NCBI RefSeq assembly: GCF_003334385.1
Contig: NZ_QOWN01000045.1
DNA: 35,570 bases
DNA from: Escherichia coli
GTDB lineage: Bacteria > Pseudomonadota > Gammaproteobacteria > Enterobacterales > Enterobacteriaceae
Reading direction: 5' to 3' (one strand)
Made by a program: the position numbers and the translations under genes. Under the pieces are notes generated by a model. It saw nothing but the letters and a program-made list of their open reading frames with translations, had not been told where the DNA came from and ran no database searches. How positions within the stretch are numbered: the stretch's first letter is position 1; each line of letters opens with the position of its first letter. Below are positions 7,366 to 18,973 of the stretch, one piece after another.

Positions 7366-7902
7366 ATGTCATTTATTAAAACTTTTTCCGGGAAGCATTT
7401 TTATTATGACAGGATAAATAAAGACGACATCGTTATTAACGATATCGCGGTTTCTCTTTCAAATATCTGTCGCTTTGCAGGACATCTTTCACATTTCTAC
7501 AGCGTCGCCCAACATGCGGTGCTTTGCAGCCAACTGGTACCGCAGGAATTTGCTTTTGAAGCGTTAATGCATGATGCAACAGAAGCGTATTGCCAGGACA
7601 TCCCGGCGCCACTGAAACGCCTTCTTCCTGACTATAAACGGATGGAAGAAAAAATAGATGCCGTAATCCGTGAGAAATACGGGTTACCCCCGGTTATGAG
7701 TACCCCCGTGAAATATGCCGATCTCATCATGCTGGCAACCGAACGCCGCGATCTCGGGCTTGATGATGGCTCTTTCTGGCCTGTGCTGGAAGGTATCCCG
7801 GCAACAGAGATGTTCAACGTGATTCCACTGGCTCCAGGCCATGCCTACGGGATGTTTATGGAACGCTTTAACGAATTATCGGAGTTACGCAAATGCGCAT
7901 GA
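7366..7902 (+). CDS. yfdR: HD-domain phosphohydrolase, YfdR-like 5'-deoxynucleotidase
   Basis: Start at ATG 7366 (MSFIKTF..., RBS GGAGA); 178 aa from this start. HD motif region ...AQHAVLCS...HDATEAYCQDIP... The ORF-track form has a 9 aa N-terminal extension. Confidence 0.8.
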   Translation: MSFIKTFSGKHFYYDRINKDDIVINDIAVSLSNICRFAGHLSHFYSVAQHAVLCSQLVPQEFAFEALMHDATEAYCQDIPAPLKRLLPDYKRMEEKIDAVIREKYGLPPVMSTPVKYADLIMLATERRDLGLDDGSFWPVLEGIPATEMFNVIPLAPGHAYGMFMERFNELSELRKCA

Positions 7903-8255
7903 ATGTTTTCGAAATGGAAGGGTTTCTTCGCGGGAAATGTGTACCGCGAGATCTGAAAGTGAATGAAACGGATGCTGAATACCTGGTGCGTAAATTCGAT
8001 GCGCTTGAAGCTAAATGTGCAGCACAGGAAAACAAAGTAATACCAGTGTCAACTGAACTGCCACCAGCAAATGAAAGTGTTTTGTTATTCGATGCTAACG
8101 GAGAAGGCTGGCTAATTGGCTGGCGTTCTCTCTGGTACACCTGGGGACAAAAAGAAACCGGAGAATGGCAGTGGACATTTCAGGTCGGGGACCTTGAAAA
8201 CGTCAATATCACTCACTGGGCAGTAATGCCAAAAGCACCGGAGGCTGGAGCATAA
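7893..8255 (+). CDS. yfdS: YfdS-like prophage protein (120 aa)
   Basis: Start overlaps the yfdR stop (ATGCGCATGA). Length and order match CPS-53 yfdS. Confidence 0.7.
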   Translation: MRMNVFEMEGFLRGKCVPRDLKVNETDAEYLVRKFDALEAKCAAQENKVIPVSTELPPANESVLLFDANGEGWLIGWRSLWYTWGQKETGEWQWTFQVGDLENVNITHWAVMPKAPEAGA

Positions 8256-8560
8256 TGACCACATTTACCAATAAAGAACTGATTAAAGAAATCAAAGAAC
8301 GAATCAGCAGCCTAGAGGTTCGAGACGATATTGAGCGCCGTGCTTATGAAATCGCACTCGTATCTCTGGAAGTAGAGCCAGATGAACGCGAAGCCTATGA
8401 ATTATTCATGGAAAAGCGTTTCGGTGACTTAGTAGATCGTCGGAGAGCAAAAAACGGCGATAACGAATACATGGCATGGGATATGACTCTCGGTTGGATC
8501 GTCTGGCAGCAACGAGCTGTTATCCATTTTTCAACAATGACACAGCAAGAGGTGAAATAA
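8255..8560 (+). CDS. yfdT: YfdT-like prophage protein (101 aa)
   Basis: Start overlaps the yfdS stop (TAATG). Length and order match CPS-53 yfdT. Confidence 0.7.
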   Translation: MTTFTNKELIKEIKERISSLEVRDDIERRAYEIALVSLEVEPDEREAYELFMEKRFGDLVDRRRAKNGDNEYMAWDMTLGWIVWQQRAVIHFSTMTQQEVK

Positions 8561-8910
8561 TGGAGCCATACAGCCTCACACTCGATGAGGCCTGTCAGTT
8601 TCTTCAGATATCCAGACCAACCGCCACCAACTGGATACGAACAGGCCGCCTACAGGCAACACGTAAAGATCCAACCAAGCCAAAATCTCCTTACCTCACA
8701 ACACGGCAAGCCTGCATTGCGGCGCTTCAGTCTCCGCTGCATACTGTCCAGGTGAGCGCGGGTGATGGCATAACAGAGGAAAGAAAATGTCACTCTTCCG
8801 CAGAGGTGAAATATGGTACGCCAGTTTCACATTGCCGAACGGTAAAAGATTTAAACAGTCTCTTGGAACAAAGGACAAAAGGCAGGCGACAGAACTCCAT
8901 GACAAGCTAA
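8560..8910 (+). CDS. xis: Excisionase (Xis, HTH_17/AlpA-like), 116 aa, overlapping the integrase start
   Basis: Start at ATG 8560 ([36 protein letters not shown]), overlapping the yfdT stop (TAATG). 3' end overlaps int by about 124 bp in another frame, as in P22/lambda xis-int. Confidence 0.7.
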   Translation: MEPYSLTLDEACQFLQISRPTATNWIRTGRLQATRKDPTKPKSPYLTTRQACIAALQSPLHTVQVSAGDGITEERKCHSSAEVKYGTPVSHCRTVKDLNSLLEQRTKGRRQNSMTS

Positions 8911-9950
8911 AGGCTGAAGCATGGCGGGTCAGCAAACTTGGTGAAATACCTGATATAACGTTCGAGGAAGCGTGTGTCAGGTGGCTTGAAGAGAAAGCAC
9001 ATAAAAAATCACTGGACGATGACAAAAGCCGGATCGGATTCTGGCTTCAACATTTCGCAGGAATGCAACTAAGAGACATTACTGAATCAAAAATTTATTC
9101 AGCAATGCAGAAAATGACGAACCGGCGTCATGAGGAAAACTGGAGACTCAGGGCAGAAGCATGCAGAAAAAAAGGGAAACCTGTTCCAGAATACACGCCA
9201 AAACCAGCGTCCGTTGCAACGAAGGCTACGCATCTTTCATTTATAAAGGCCCTACTAAGAGCCGCAGAGCGTGAATGGAAAATGCTGGATAAGGCACCAA
9301 TTATTAAAGTGCCTCAACCAAAGAATAAACGGATCCGCTGGCTGGAGCCCCATGAAGCACAAAGGCTGATTGATGAATGTCCGGAGCCATTAAAGTCTGT
9401 TGTTGAATTTGCACTGGCAACAGGTTTAAGACGCTCGAACATCATCAACCTTGAATGGCAACAAATAGATATGCAGCGCCGGGTGGCATGGATAAACCCG
9501 GAAGAGAGTAAATCAAACCGCGCAATTGGCGTTGCGCTGAATGATACTGCATGTCGCGTATTGAAAAAACAAATCGGGAATCATCACCGTTGGGTATTTG
9601 TGTACAAGGAAAGCTGTACCAAACCAGACGGAACGAAAGCGCCAACAGTAAGGAAGATGCGGTATGACGCAAACACAGCCTGGAAAGCGGCGCTGAGACG
9701 GGCTGGTATTGATGATTTCAGATTTCACGACTTGAGACACACCTGGGCAAGTTGGCTGGTTCAAGCCGGAGTCCCGTTGTCAGTGTTACAGGAAATGGGA
9801 GGCTGGGAGTCTATCGAAATGGTTCGTCGATATGCTCACCTTGCACCTAATCACCTTACCGAACACGCACGGCAAATAGACTCGATCCTGAACCCATCGG
9901 TCCCAAATTTGTCCCAGTCAAAAAATAAGGAAGGTACTAATGATGTGTAA
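8787..9950 (+). CDS. int: Tyrosine site-specific integrase, P22-type
   Basis: 387 aa; [47 protein letters not shown]... with a C-terminal catalytic region [17 protein letters not shown]...RRYAHL (R..H..R..Y). Ends 14 bp from the 3' end of tRNA-Thr. P22 is known to integrate at thrW. Confidence 0.9.
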   Translation: MSLFRRGEIWYASFTLPNGKRFKQSLGTKDKRQATELHDKLKAEAWRVSKLGEIPDITFEEACVRWLEEKAHKKSLDDDKSRIGFWLQHFAGMQLRDITESKIYSAMQKMTNRRHEENWRLRAEACRKKGKPVPEYTPKPASVATKATHLSFIKALLRAAEREWKMLDKAPIIKVPQPKNKRIRWLEPHEAQRLIDECPEPLKSVVEFALATGLRRSNIINLEWQQIDMQRRVAWINPEESKSNRAIGVALNDTACRVLKKQIGNHHRWVFVYKESCTKPDGTKAPTVRKMRYDANTAWKAALRRAGIDDFRFHDLRHTWASWLVQAGVPLSVLQEMGGWESIEMVRRYAHLAPNHLTEHARQIDSILNPSVPNLSQSKNKEGTNDV

Positions 9951-9964
9951 CTTATTGATTTAAA

Positions 9965-10040
9965 TGGTGCCGATAATAGGAGTCGAACCTACGACCTTCG
10001 CATTACGAATGCGCTGCTCTACCAACTGAGCTATATCGGC
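9965..10040 (-). tRNA. thrW: tRNA-Thr (anticodon CGU), thrW
   Basis: Reverse complement reads GCCGATATAGCTCAGTTGGTAGAGCAGCGCATTCGTAATGCGAAGGTCGTAGGTTCGACTCCTATTATCGGCACCA: cloverleaf with anticodon loop TTCGTAA and a 3' CCA. Confidence 0.9.
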
Positions 10041-10154
10041 CCTGAAAGGACATGTTCACGAACGTGAATCACGGTGGACAAGGTTAAAACTAACCGGGCG
10101 ATGCGTCAATGGCCTTGTGAATCAAATGGCTACTTTTGCATCACCCGGTTTTAT

Positions 10155-11408
10155 TTACGCACGAATGGTGTAATCACCAATGCCGATCCACTTGTAAGTG
10201 GTCAGTGCTTCCAGCCCCATTGGGCCACGCGCGTGGAGTTTTTGTGTGCTTACCGCCACTTCCGCACCCAGACCAAACTGGCCGCCGTCGGTAAAACGCG
10301 TAGAGGCGTTAACGTAAACAGCGGACGAATCCACTTCGTTAACAAAACGCTGGGCGTTGCGCATATCGCGGGTCAGGATCGCATCGGAGTGTTGTGTGCC
10401 GTGTTCACGAATATGGGCGATGGCATCGTCAAGATCGCTGACGATTTTGACGTTCAAATCTAATGACAGAAACTCATCGTCATACTCTTCGGCTTTAACA
10501 GCAACCACCTTCGCAGGGCCTGCCTGCAACTGCGCCAGTGCAGCTGCATCTGCGTGTAATGTCACGCCGCTTTCCGCCATTTGTTTGCTTAATGCGGGCA
10601 GGAAGCTATCGGCGATGTTTTTATTCACCAGCAACGTTTCAACCGTATTACATGTGCTCGGACGCTGAGTTTTCGCGTTGACGATCACTTTTAATGCTTC
10701 AGCGATCTCTACACTTTCATCAACGTAAATATGGCATACGCCTATACCACCTGTGATCACCGGGATTGTCGACTGTTCACGGCACAGTTTATGCAAACCA
10801 GCGCCACCACGCGGGATCAGCATGTCGATGTATTTATCCATACGCAGCATTTCACTGACCAGCGCACGGTCAGGATTATCAATCGCCTGCACGGCACCCG
10901 CCGGTAAGCCGCAGGATTTCAGGGCGTCCTGAATCACCGCCACCGTTGCAGCGTTAGTGCGACACGTTTCTTTGCCACCGCGCAGGATCACCGCATTACC
11001 GGTTTTCAGGCACAGCGAAGCGACATCAACCGTCACGTTCGGGCGCGCTTCATAAATCACGCCAATAACCCCCAGCGGTACGCGACGACGCTCAAGACGC
11101 AGGCCGCTGTCCAGTACGCCGCCATCGATTACCTGCCCCACCGGATCGGCGAGGTTGCACACCTGACGTACATCGTCGGCAATGCCTTTCAGCCGTGCGG
11201 GCGTCAGTGCCAGACGGTCAAGCATCGCTTCGCTAAGGCCATTGGCTCGCGCGTCAGCAACATCCTGGGCGTTAGCGTTGAGGATGATTTCGCTTTGTGC
11301 TTCCAGTTCATCGGCGATTTTTTCCAGCACGCGATTTTTTTCGCGGCTGGAGAGTTGCGCTAATTTATACGAGGCTTGCTTCGCGGCAATGCCCATTTGT
11401 TCCAGCAT
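10155..11408 (-). CDS. proA: Gamma-glutamyl phosphate reductase
   Basis: 417 aa [53 protein letters not shown]...; proBA operon arrangement. Confidence 0.95.
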
Positions 11409-11419
11409 CAGCCTGCTCC

Positions 11420-12523
11420 TTAACGGGTAATCATGTCATCACGGTGAACGGCAACCGGGCCGTATTCATATCCCAGTATTGCATCAATTTCTTGCGAGTG
11501 GTGTCCGGCAATACGGCGTAATGCATCGCTGTTGTAACGACTGACGCCGTGGGCGATATCGCGGCCTTCGAGGTTGCAAATGCGGATGACTTCACCACGC
11601 GAGAAATTGCCAGTCACGCTTTTAATGCCTTTCGGCAACAGGGAGCTGCCACGTTCCAGAATGGCGGCAGTTGCCCCTTCATCTACCGTGATTTCACCCG
11701 CCGGCGGCGCACCGAAAATCCAGCGTTTACGGTTTTCAAGCGGAGTCGCCTGGGCATGGAACAGCGTACCGACGGAAATGCCTTCCATCACATCACCAAT
11801 AACGCCCGGCTTGCTGCCCGCGGCAATAATGGTGTCGATACCCGCACGGCAAGCCACGTCAGCGGCCTGCAATTTGGTACTCATGCCGCCAGTTCCGAGG
11901 CCTGAAACGCTGTCACCGGCAATCGCGCGCAGTGCGTCATCAATGCCGTAAACATCTTTAATCAGTTCTGCCTGCGGATTGCTGCGCGGGTCAGCGGTAT
12001 ACAAACCTTTTTGATCGGTCAGCAGCAACAGTTTATCGGCACCCGCAAGAATCGCCGCCAGCGCAGAAAGGTTATCGTTATCGCCGACCTTAATCTCTGC
12101 CGTAGCGACAGCATCGTTCTCATTGATTACCGGAACGATATTGTTATCGAGCAACGCTCGCAGGGTGTCGCGGGCGTTCAGGAAGCGTTCACGGTCTTCC
12201 ATATCAGCACGGGTCAGCAGCATTTGCCCGACGTGAATGCCATAAATCGAAAACAGCTGTTCCCACAGTTGAATCAGTCGACTCTGCCCTACCGCCGCCA
12301 GCAGTTGTTTCGAGGCGATGGTCGCTGGCAGTTCCGGGTAACCCAGGTGCTCACGTCCGGCGGCGATCGCGCCCGACGTCACAATAACAATCCGATGCCC
12401 GGCGGCATGTAACTGCGCGCACTGGCGAACAAGTTCAACGATATGGGCACGGTTCAGACGGCGCGATCCGCCTGTTAGCACACTGGTGCCGAGTTTTACC
12501 ACCAGCGTCTGGCTGTCACTCAT
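11420..12523 (-). CDS. proB: Glutamate 5-kinase
   Basis: Start at ATG 12523 ([34 protein letters not shown]...), 367 aa. The ORF-track form has a 29 aa upstream extension. Confidence 0.95.
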
Positions 12524-12711
12524 GATTCTCTGCCATTCAATTTTAGGAAAAATGATATCAAACGAACGTTTTAGCAGGACTGTCGTCGGTTGCCAACCAT
12601 CTGCGAGCAAAGCATGGCGTTTTGTTGCGCGGGATCAGCAAGCCTAGCGGCAGTTGTTTACGCTTTTATTACAGATTTAATAAATTACCACATTTTAAGA
12701 ATATTATTAAT

Positions 12712-12729
12712 CTGTAATATATCTTTAAC
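12712..12729 (+). promoter_or_regulatory. Pho box (PhoB binding site) upstream of phoE
   Basis: CTGTAAT-ATAT-CTTTAAC: two 7 bp direct repeats separated by a 4 bp AT spacer, matching the pho-box consensus. Confidence 0.55.
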
Positions 12730-12810
12730 AATCTCAGGTTAAAAACTTTCCTGTTTTCAACGGGACTCTCCCGCTGAATATTCGCGCGTTAATTAAAATC
12801 AGGAATGAAA

Positions 12811-13866
12811 ATGAAAAAGAGCACTCTGGCATTAGTGGTGATGGGCATTGTGGCATCTGCATCTGTACAGGCTGCAGAAATATATAATAAAGACGGTAAT
12901 AAACTGGATGTCTATGGCAAAGTTAAAGCCATGCATTATATGAGTGATAACGCCAGTAAAGATGGCGACCAGAGTTATATCCGTTTTGGTTTTAAAGGCG
13001 AAACACAAATTAACGATCAACTGACTGGTTATGGTCGTTGGGAAGCAGAGTTTGCCGGTAATAAAGCAGAGAGTGATACTGCACAGCAAAAAACGCGTCT
13101 CGCTTTTGCCGGGTTGAAATATAAAGATTTGGGTTCTTTCGATTATGGTCGTAACCTGGGGGCGTTGTATGACGTGGAAGCCTGGACCGATATGTTCCCG
13201 GAATTTGGTGGCGATTCCTCGGCGCAGACCGACAACTTTATGACCAAACGCGCCAGCGGTCTGGCGACGTATCGGAACACCGACTTCTTCGGCGTTATCG
13301 ATGGCCTGAACTTAACCCTGCAATATCAAGGGAAAAACGAAAACCGCGACGTTAAAAAGCAAAACGGCGATGGCTTCGGCACGTCATTGACATATGACTT
13401 TGGCGGCAGCGATTTCGCCATTAGTGGGGCCTATACCAACTCAGATCGCACCAACGAGCAGAACCTGCAAAGCCGTGGCACAGGCAAGCGTGCAGAAGCA
13501 TGGGCAACAGGTCTGAAATACGATGCCAATAATATTTATCTGGCAACTTTCTATTCTGAAACACGCAAAATGACGCCAATAACTGGCGGCTTTGCCAATA
13601 AGACACAGAACTTTGAAGCGGTCGCTCAATACCAGTTTGACTTTGGTCTGCGTCCATCGCTGGGTTATGTCTTATCGAAAGGGAAAGATATTGAAGGTAT
13701 CGGTGATGAAGATCTGGTCAATTATATCGACGTCGGTGCTACGTATTATTTCAACAAAAATATGTCAGCGTTTGTTGATTATAAAATCAACCAACTGGAT
13801 AGCGATAACAAATTGAATATTAATAATGATGATATTGTCGCGGTTGGCATGACGTATCAGTTTTAA
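12811..13866 (+). CDS. phoE: Phosphate-starvation-inducible outer membrane porin PhoE
   Basis: Start at ATG 12811 ([37 protein letters not shown]...); signal peptide, C-terminal ...VAVGMTYQF porin ending; 351 aa. Confidence 0.95.
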   Translation: MKKSTLALVVMGIVASASVQAAEIYNKDGNKLDVYGKVKAMHYMSDNASKDGDQSYIRFGFKGETQINDQLTGYGRWEAEFAGNKAESDTAQQKTRLAFAGLKYKDLGSFDYGRNLGALYDVEAWTDMFPEFGGDSSAQTDNFMTKRASGLATYRNTDFFGVIDGLNLTLQYQGKNENRDVKKQNGDGFGTSLTYDFGGSDFAISGAYTNSDRTNEQNLQSRGTGKRAEAWATGLKYDANNIYLATFYSETRKMTPITGGFANKTQNFEAVAQYQFDFGLRPSLGYVLSKGKDIEGIGDEDLVNYIDVGATYYFNKNMSAFVDYKINQLDSDNKLNINNDDIVAVGMTYQF

Positions 13867-13872
13867 TGAATA

Positions 13873-13897
13873 TTGCCGGATGTGATGCATCCGGCAC
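13873..13897. terminator. Hairpin (GCCGGATG ... CATCCGGC) between convergent phoE and crl; possible bidirectional terminator
   Basis: 8 bp inverted repeat read from the sequence; no strong T-tract. Confidence 0.35.
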
Positions 13898-13904
13898 ATT
13901 TCAC

Positions 13905-14363
<459 letters not shown>

Positions 14364-15608
14364 TTAACACAAGCGTTTTTCGATCCAGTCGGTGATTTCC
14401 TGAAGACCTTTGTCAAAATTCCGATACACCGGGTTAAATGGGATCTCTAATAATTTACCGTCAGCAGATGATGAGGTGATTAAGCGTGAGTCCTCTTCCG
14501 GGCTGAACGGATCGTTCTTCCAGTAGCCTGATAACATTGGCGTTGGGCAGCGACGTCCCAGCAATCCTTGCACTTTTAATGAATAGCGATTCTGCTCCAC
14601 GCGCAACGCTTCATCGGAAGCATCATGCATCCCCAAACGACTGGCCAGAACGTCAAGATACATTTCCGGCACCTGTTGCTGGCACTTAAAATCACTCAAC
14701 AGGGTATGAACTACCGGACCAAGACAGGCAACCGCTTTCAGACGCGGCGATTCAAGGTATGCCAGACGCACGGCAACGTTAGCGCCGAAACGGAAACCAA
14801 AGGCCGCGACGCGAGTGTGATCCACCCACGGTACGTTAGGCAGCGCCTTTAAGACGTGCTGATGCAACAGGCTGGAGTCCTGGGTGAGCTTCCATTTTGA
14901 AGAAAAGCCCACCGACGGCATATCAATAGTCAGCATCGCAATGCCGCGCGGCGCAAAATAACGTTCATACAGGCTGTAATAGTCCGTCTGCATCGCATCC
15001 AGACCACCACACATTAATACCGTCGGGAACGGGCCATCGCCTTTCGGCATATGCAAAAAGCCGGTGATGGGCGCACCGCCGGGTACGGTAAACTCCATCT
15101 GCCGCATCGTGCCCGGTAGACGCTGAGCGGCCTCTTCATAGGCGCGGTTTGACAAAGCCTGCGCTTGCTCGGCCAGGTCATCTCCTTTCAGATGAGGATA
15201 GGCGGCAATGTTGTACAACGTAGCCGCATGCAGCCAGTGACGACCACTGAGTTGCGGATCGTCTTCCGCACAGGCTTTTTGTTGCCACACCATCGCCTGG
15301 GTGGCCCACTCATAAATCCAGTTGCCGCCACGGTAGCCAATCACCGTATCATATAAATCATCGTCGGTACGTTCGGCATCGCTCATCACAATACGTGCCT
15401 GGACGTCGAGGATTTCGCGTGGGTCAATGCCGCGCCAGATCCACATCAGACGGTTAATCATGCGATACCAGTGAGGGATGGTTTTACCATCAAGGGCCGA
15501 CTGCACAGGCGGTTGTGCGCCGTGATTAAAGCGGCGGACTAGCGTCGAGGTTTCAGGATGTTTAAAGCGGGGTTTGAACAGGGTTTCGCTCAGGTTTGCC
15601 TGTGTCAT
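14364..15608 (-). CDS. frsA: Esterase FrsA (alpha/beta hydrolase)
   Basis: 414 aa, [56 protein letters not shown]... Confidence 0.95.
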   Translation of the reverse strand: MTQANLSETLFKPRFKHPETSTLVRRFNHGAQPPVQSALDGKTIPHWYRMINRLMWIWRGIDPREILDVQARIVMSDAERTDDDLYDTVIGYRGGNWIYEWATQAMVWQQKACAEDDPQLSGRHWLHAATLYNIAAYPHLKGDDLAEQAQALSNRAYEEAAQRLPGTMRQMEFTVPGGAPITGFLHMPKGDGPFPTVLMCGGLDAMQTDYYSLYERYFAPRGIAMLTIDMPSVGFSSKWKLTQDSSLLHQHVLKALPNVPWVDHTRVAAFGFRFGANVAVRLAYLESPRLKAVACLGPVVHTLLSDFKCQQQVPEMYLDVLASRLGMHDASDEALRVEQNRYSLKVQGLLGRRCPTPMLSGYWKNDPFSPEEDSRLITSSSADGKLLEIPFNPVYRNFDKGLQEITDWIEKRLC

Positions 15609-15699
15609 GGATGCAGCCTCCAGAATACTTACTGGAAACTATTGTAACCCGCCTGAAGTTAAAAAGAACAACGCCCGGCAGTGCCAGGCGTTGAAAAGA

Positions 15700-16158
15700 T
15701 TAGCGACCGGAGATTGGCGGGACGAATACGACGCCCATATCCCACGGCTGTTCAATCCAGGTATCTTGCGGGATATCAACAACATAGTCATCAACCAGCG
15801 GACGACCAGCCGGTTTTGCGAAGATGGTGACAAAGTGCGCTTTTGGATACATTTCACGAATCGCAACCGCAGTACCACCGGTATCCACCAGGTCATCAAT
15901 AACGATGAAGCCTTCGCCATCGCCTTCTGCGCGTTTCAGCACTTTAAGCTCGCGCTGGTTGTCGTGATCGTAGCTGGAAATACAAACGGTATCGACATGA
16001 CGAATACCCAGTTCACGCGCCAGTAACGCACCCGGTACCAGACCGCCACGGCTTACGGCAATAATGCCTTTCCATTGTTCAGAAGGCATCAGTCGGCTTG
16101 CGAGTTTACGTGCATGGATCTGCAACATGTCCCAGGTGACGATGTATTTTTCGCTCAT
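15700..16158 (-). CDS. gpt: Xanthine-guanine phosphoribosyltransferase
   Basis: 152 aa, [51 protein letters not shown]...; PRPP motif [11 protein letters not shown]. Confidence 0.95.
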
Positions 16159-16418
16159 GTGAAGTGTCCCAGCCTGTTTATCTACGGCTTAAAAAGTGTT
16201 CGAGGGGAAAATAGGTTGCGCGAGATTATAGAGATCTGGCGCACTAAAAACCAGTATTTCACATGAGTCCGCGTCTTTTTACGCACTGCCTCTCCCTGAC
16301 GCGGGATAAAGTGGTATTCTCAAACATATCTCGCAAGCCTGTCTTGTGTTGACAACATTTTCTGCTAACCCTGTGACCTGCAATACTGTTTTGCGGGTGA
16401 TCGACAAGGAGACTTAAC

Positions 16419-17876
16419 GTGTCTGAACTGTCTCAATTATCTCCACAGCCGCTGTGGGATATTTTTGCCAAAATCTGTTCTATTCCTCACCCGTCCTATC
16501 ATGAAGAGCAACTCGCTGAATACATTGTTGGTTGGGCAAAAGAGAAAGGTTTCCATGTCGAACGCGATCAGGTAGGTAATATCCTGATTCGTAAACCTGC
16601 TACCGCAGGTATGGAAAATCGTAAACCGGTCGTCTTACAGGCCCACCTCGATATGGTGCCGCAGAAAAATAACGACACCGTGCATGACTTCACGAAAGAT
16701 CCTATCCAGCCTTATATTGATGGCGAATGGGTTAAAGCGCGCGGCACCACGCTGGGTGCGGATAACGGCATTGGTATGGCCTCTGCGCTGGCGGTTCTGG
16801 CTGACGAAAACGTGGTTCACGGCCCGCTGGAAGTGCTGCTGACCATGACCGAAGAAGCCGGTATGGACGGTGCGTTCGGCTTACAGGGCAACTGGTTGCA
16901 GGCTGATATTCTGATTAACACCGACTCCGAAGAAGAAGGTGAAATCTACATGGGTTGTGCGGGGGGTATCGACTTCACCTCCAACCTGCATTTAGATCGT
17001 GAAGCGGTTCCAGCTGGTTTTGAAACCTTCAAGTTAACCTTAAAAGGTCTGAAAGGCGGTCACTCCGGCGGGGAAATCCACGTTGGGCTGGGTAATGCCA
17101 ACAAACTGCTGGTGCGCTTCCTGGCGGGTCATGCGGAAGAACTGGATCTGCGCCTTATCGATTTCAACGGCGGCACACTGCGTAACGCCATCCCGCGTGA
17201 AGCCTTTGCGACCATTGCTGTCGCAGCTGATAAAGTCGACGTCCTGAAATCTCTGGTGAATACCTATCAGGAGATCCTGAAAAACGAGCTGGCAGAAAAA
17301 GAGAAAAATCTGGCCTTGTTGCTGGACTCTGTAGCGAACGATAAAGCTGCCCTGATTGCGAAATCTCGCGATACCTTTATTCGTCTGCTGAACGCCACCC
17401 CGAACGGTGTGATTCGTAACTCCGATGTAGCCAAAGGTGTGGTTGAAACCTCCCTGAACGTCGGTATGGTGACCATGACTGACAATAACGTAGAAATTCA
17501 CTGCCTGATCCGTTCACTGATCGACAGCGGTAAAGACTACGTGGTGAGCATGCTGGATTCGCTGGGTAAACTGGCTGGCGCGAAAACCGAAGCGAAAGGC
17601 GCATATCCTGGCTGGCAGCCGGACGCTAATTCTCCGGTGATGCATCTGGTACGTGAAACCTATCAGCGCCTGTTCAACAAGACGCCGAACATCCAGATTA
17701 TCCACGCGGGCCTGGAATGTGGTCTGTTCAAAAAACCGTATCCGGAAATGGACATGGTTTCTATCGGGCCAACTATCACCGGTCCACACTCTCCGGATGA
17801 GCAAGTTCACATCGAAAGCGTAGGTCATTACTGGACACTGCTGACTGAACTGCTGAAAGAAATTCCGGCGAAGTAA
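16419..17876 (+). CDS. pepD: Cytosol nonspecific dipeptidase PepD (aminoacyl-histidine dipeptidase)
   Basis: 485 aa; GTG start at 16419 with RBS AAGGAG; MSELSQLSPQPLWDIFAKICSIPHPSYHEEQLAEYIVGWAKEKGFHVERDQVGN... Confidence 0.95.
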   Translation: MSELSQLSPQPLWDIFAKICSIPHPSYHEEQLAEYIVGWAKEKGFHVERDQVGNILIRKPATAGMENRKPVVLQAHLDMVPQKNNDTVHDFTKDPIQPYIDGEWVKARGTTLGADNGIGMASALAVLADENVVHGPLEVLLTMTEEAGMDGAFGLQGNWLQADILINTDSEEEGEIYMGCAGGIDFTSNLHLDREAVPAGFETFKLTLKGLKGGHSGGEIHVGLGNANKLLVRFLAGHAEELDLRLIDFNGGTLRNAIPREAFATIAVAADKVDVLKSLVNTYQEILKNELAEKEKNLALLLDSVANDKAALIAKSRDTFIRLLNATPNGVIRNSDVAKGVVETSLNVGMVTMTDNNVEIHCLIRSLIDSGKDYVVSMLDSLGKLAGAKTEAKGAYPGWQPDANSPVMHLVRETYQRLFNKTPNIQIIHAGLECGLFKKPYPEMDMVSIGPTITGPHSPDEQVHIESVGHYWTLLTELLKEIPAK

Positions 17877-17888
17877 TTATTTGATTTG

Positions 17889-17925
17889 CTGCCGGATGGC
17901 GTTTAATCGCCTTCCGGCAGTTTCA
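17889..17925 (+). terminator. Putative intrinsic terminator after pepD (CTGCCGGA ... TCCGGCAG stem followed by TTTCAT)
   Basis: Inverted repeat at 17889-17896 and 17913-17920 read from the sequence. Confidence 0.45.
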
Positions 17926-17932
17926 TCCTTCA

Positions 17933-18433
17933 TTATCCTTCGATAAAAGCCATCCCTGTAAATGTCCGTCGCGGGTTGCCACGTTCAATCTGGTGATGGA
18001 ACATTCGCCGCTGCGATTTCAGCGCCGCGCTATTTTCCTGTTGCTGTTGCTCCAGCTTCCAGGCAATCAGCAATCGTGCCAGCCGCTTGTTAGCATGCTG
18101 ACTACGCTCTGACTGAACCTTCACGCTAATACCGGATGCCAAATGCGTGGCGCGTACCGCCGAGTCGGTTTTATTGACATGTTGACCGCCCGGCCCCGAC
18201 GAACGCAGCGTCTCATAACGGATTGCATCCGATTGTTCCTGCTCATCAGCGGTAAAACGCCCAATGCCCAGAAACCAGTTTTTGCGCCCATGATGAGGCC
18301 GATACGGACTCGGACAAATCCACTGAATAGTGCCACACCAGCTTTCGCTTAATGCCCATGCGTTATCGCCATCGAGAGAAACCAGCGCCGAACGCAGTGT
18401 GTCAGAGTAGCGGCCCGTTTCTGTTTCCAGCAC
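17933..18433 (-). pseudogene. prfH: prfH remnant (peptide chain release factor homolog, N-terminally disrupted)
   Basis: ORF contains the release-factor GGQ motif ([42 protein letters not shown]). The upstream part of the ORF is an out-of-frame read of the rtcB fragment. Same state as the K-12 pseudogene. Confidence 0.7.
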
Positions 18434-18668
18434 CGTTACCGCGACGTCTTGCCGGGTAAAAACGACCAACAGAGAAGAACGCTGCGCCAATCGGGTAGCC
18501 GCGTCCGGGGTGTAAATCTGGCATCCCCACTACGCGCTGCATGTTGGGTAAATTTGCCGTGGTGTGTAATTGTTGGATCGCTAAACTCTCGATCCACAGG
18601 TCATCAGATGCGATGGTAAATACCGCATCGGATAAGGGACGAATATATTTGCCCATGTACCATTCCAT
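18402..18668 (-). pseudogene. ykfJ: ykfJ, an N-terminal fragment of an RtcB-family RNA ligase
   Basis: 88 aa, ...[38 protein letters not shown]..., the conserved RtcB N-terminus; truncated and fused out of frame to prfH. Confidence 0.7.
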
Positions 18669-18973
18669 TTATACTCGTCATACTTCAAGTTGCATGTACT
18701 GCGACTGCGTTCGTTCACCCCAGTCACTTACTTATGTAAGCTCCTGGCGATTCACTCGCTTGTCGCCTTCCTGCAACTCGAATTATTTAGAGTATATAAA
18801 TATAAAAATCAGGAAATGGCAGACGAATCCAGGGCAAGAAAAAAAGAATTAATCCTGGAAAGGTCTGCAAAGAGTCATTGATAAAGGATTTGTCATGATT
18901 TACCTCCTTGCAGTTTGTGGAATCAGAAAACGCGCACATACCAGGCGGGCGTTATTTTCATTGCAAGCTGGAT

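Noticed and set aside
8476..8559. N-terminal extension of the xis ORF (8476-8910)
   Set aside because: The extension overlaps the yfdT coding sequence. ATG at 8560 overlaps the yfdT stop (TAATG) and begins directly at the HTH.
11549..12412. Plus-strand ORFs of 118, 125 and 133 aa inside proB
   Set aside because: Antisense to the well-supported proB gene, with low-complexity Ala/Arg/Pro-rich products.
18690..18881. 63 aa ORF in the ykfJ-yafP intergenic region, including a possible 21 aa peptide (MADESRARKKELILERSAKSH) with an upstream AGGAA
   Set aside because: Too short and unsupported to call from sequence alone. It may be a genuine small protein, but I cannot substantiate it without conservation or expression data.
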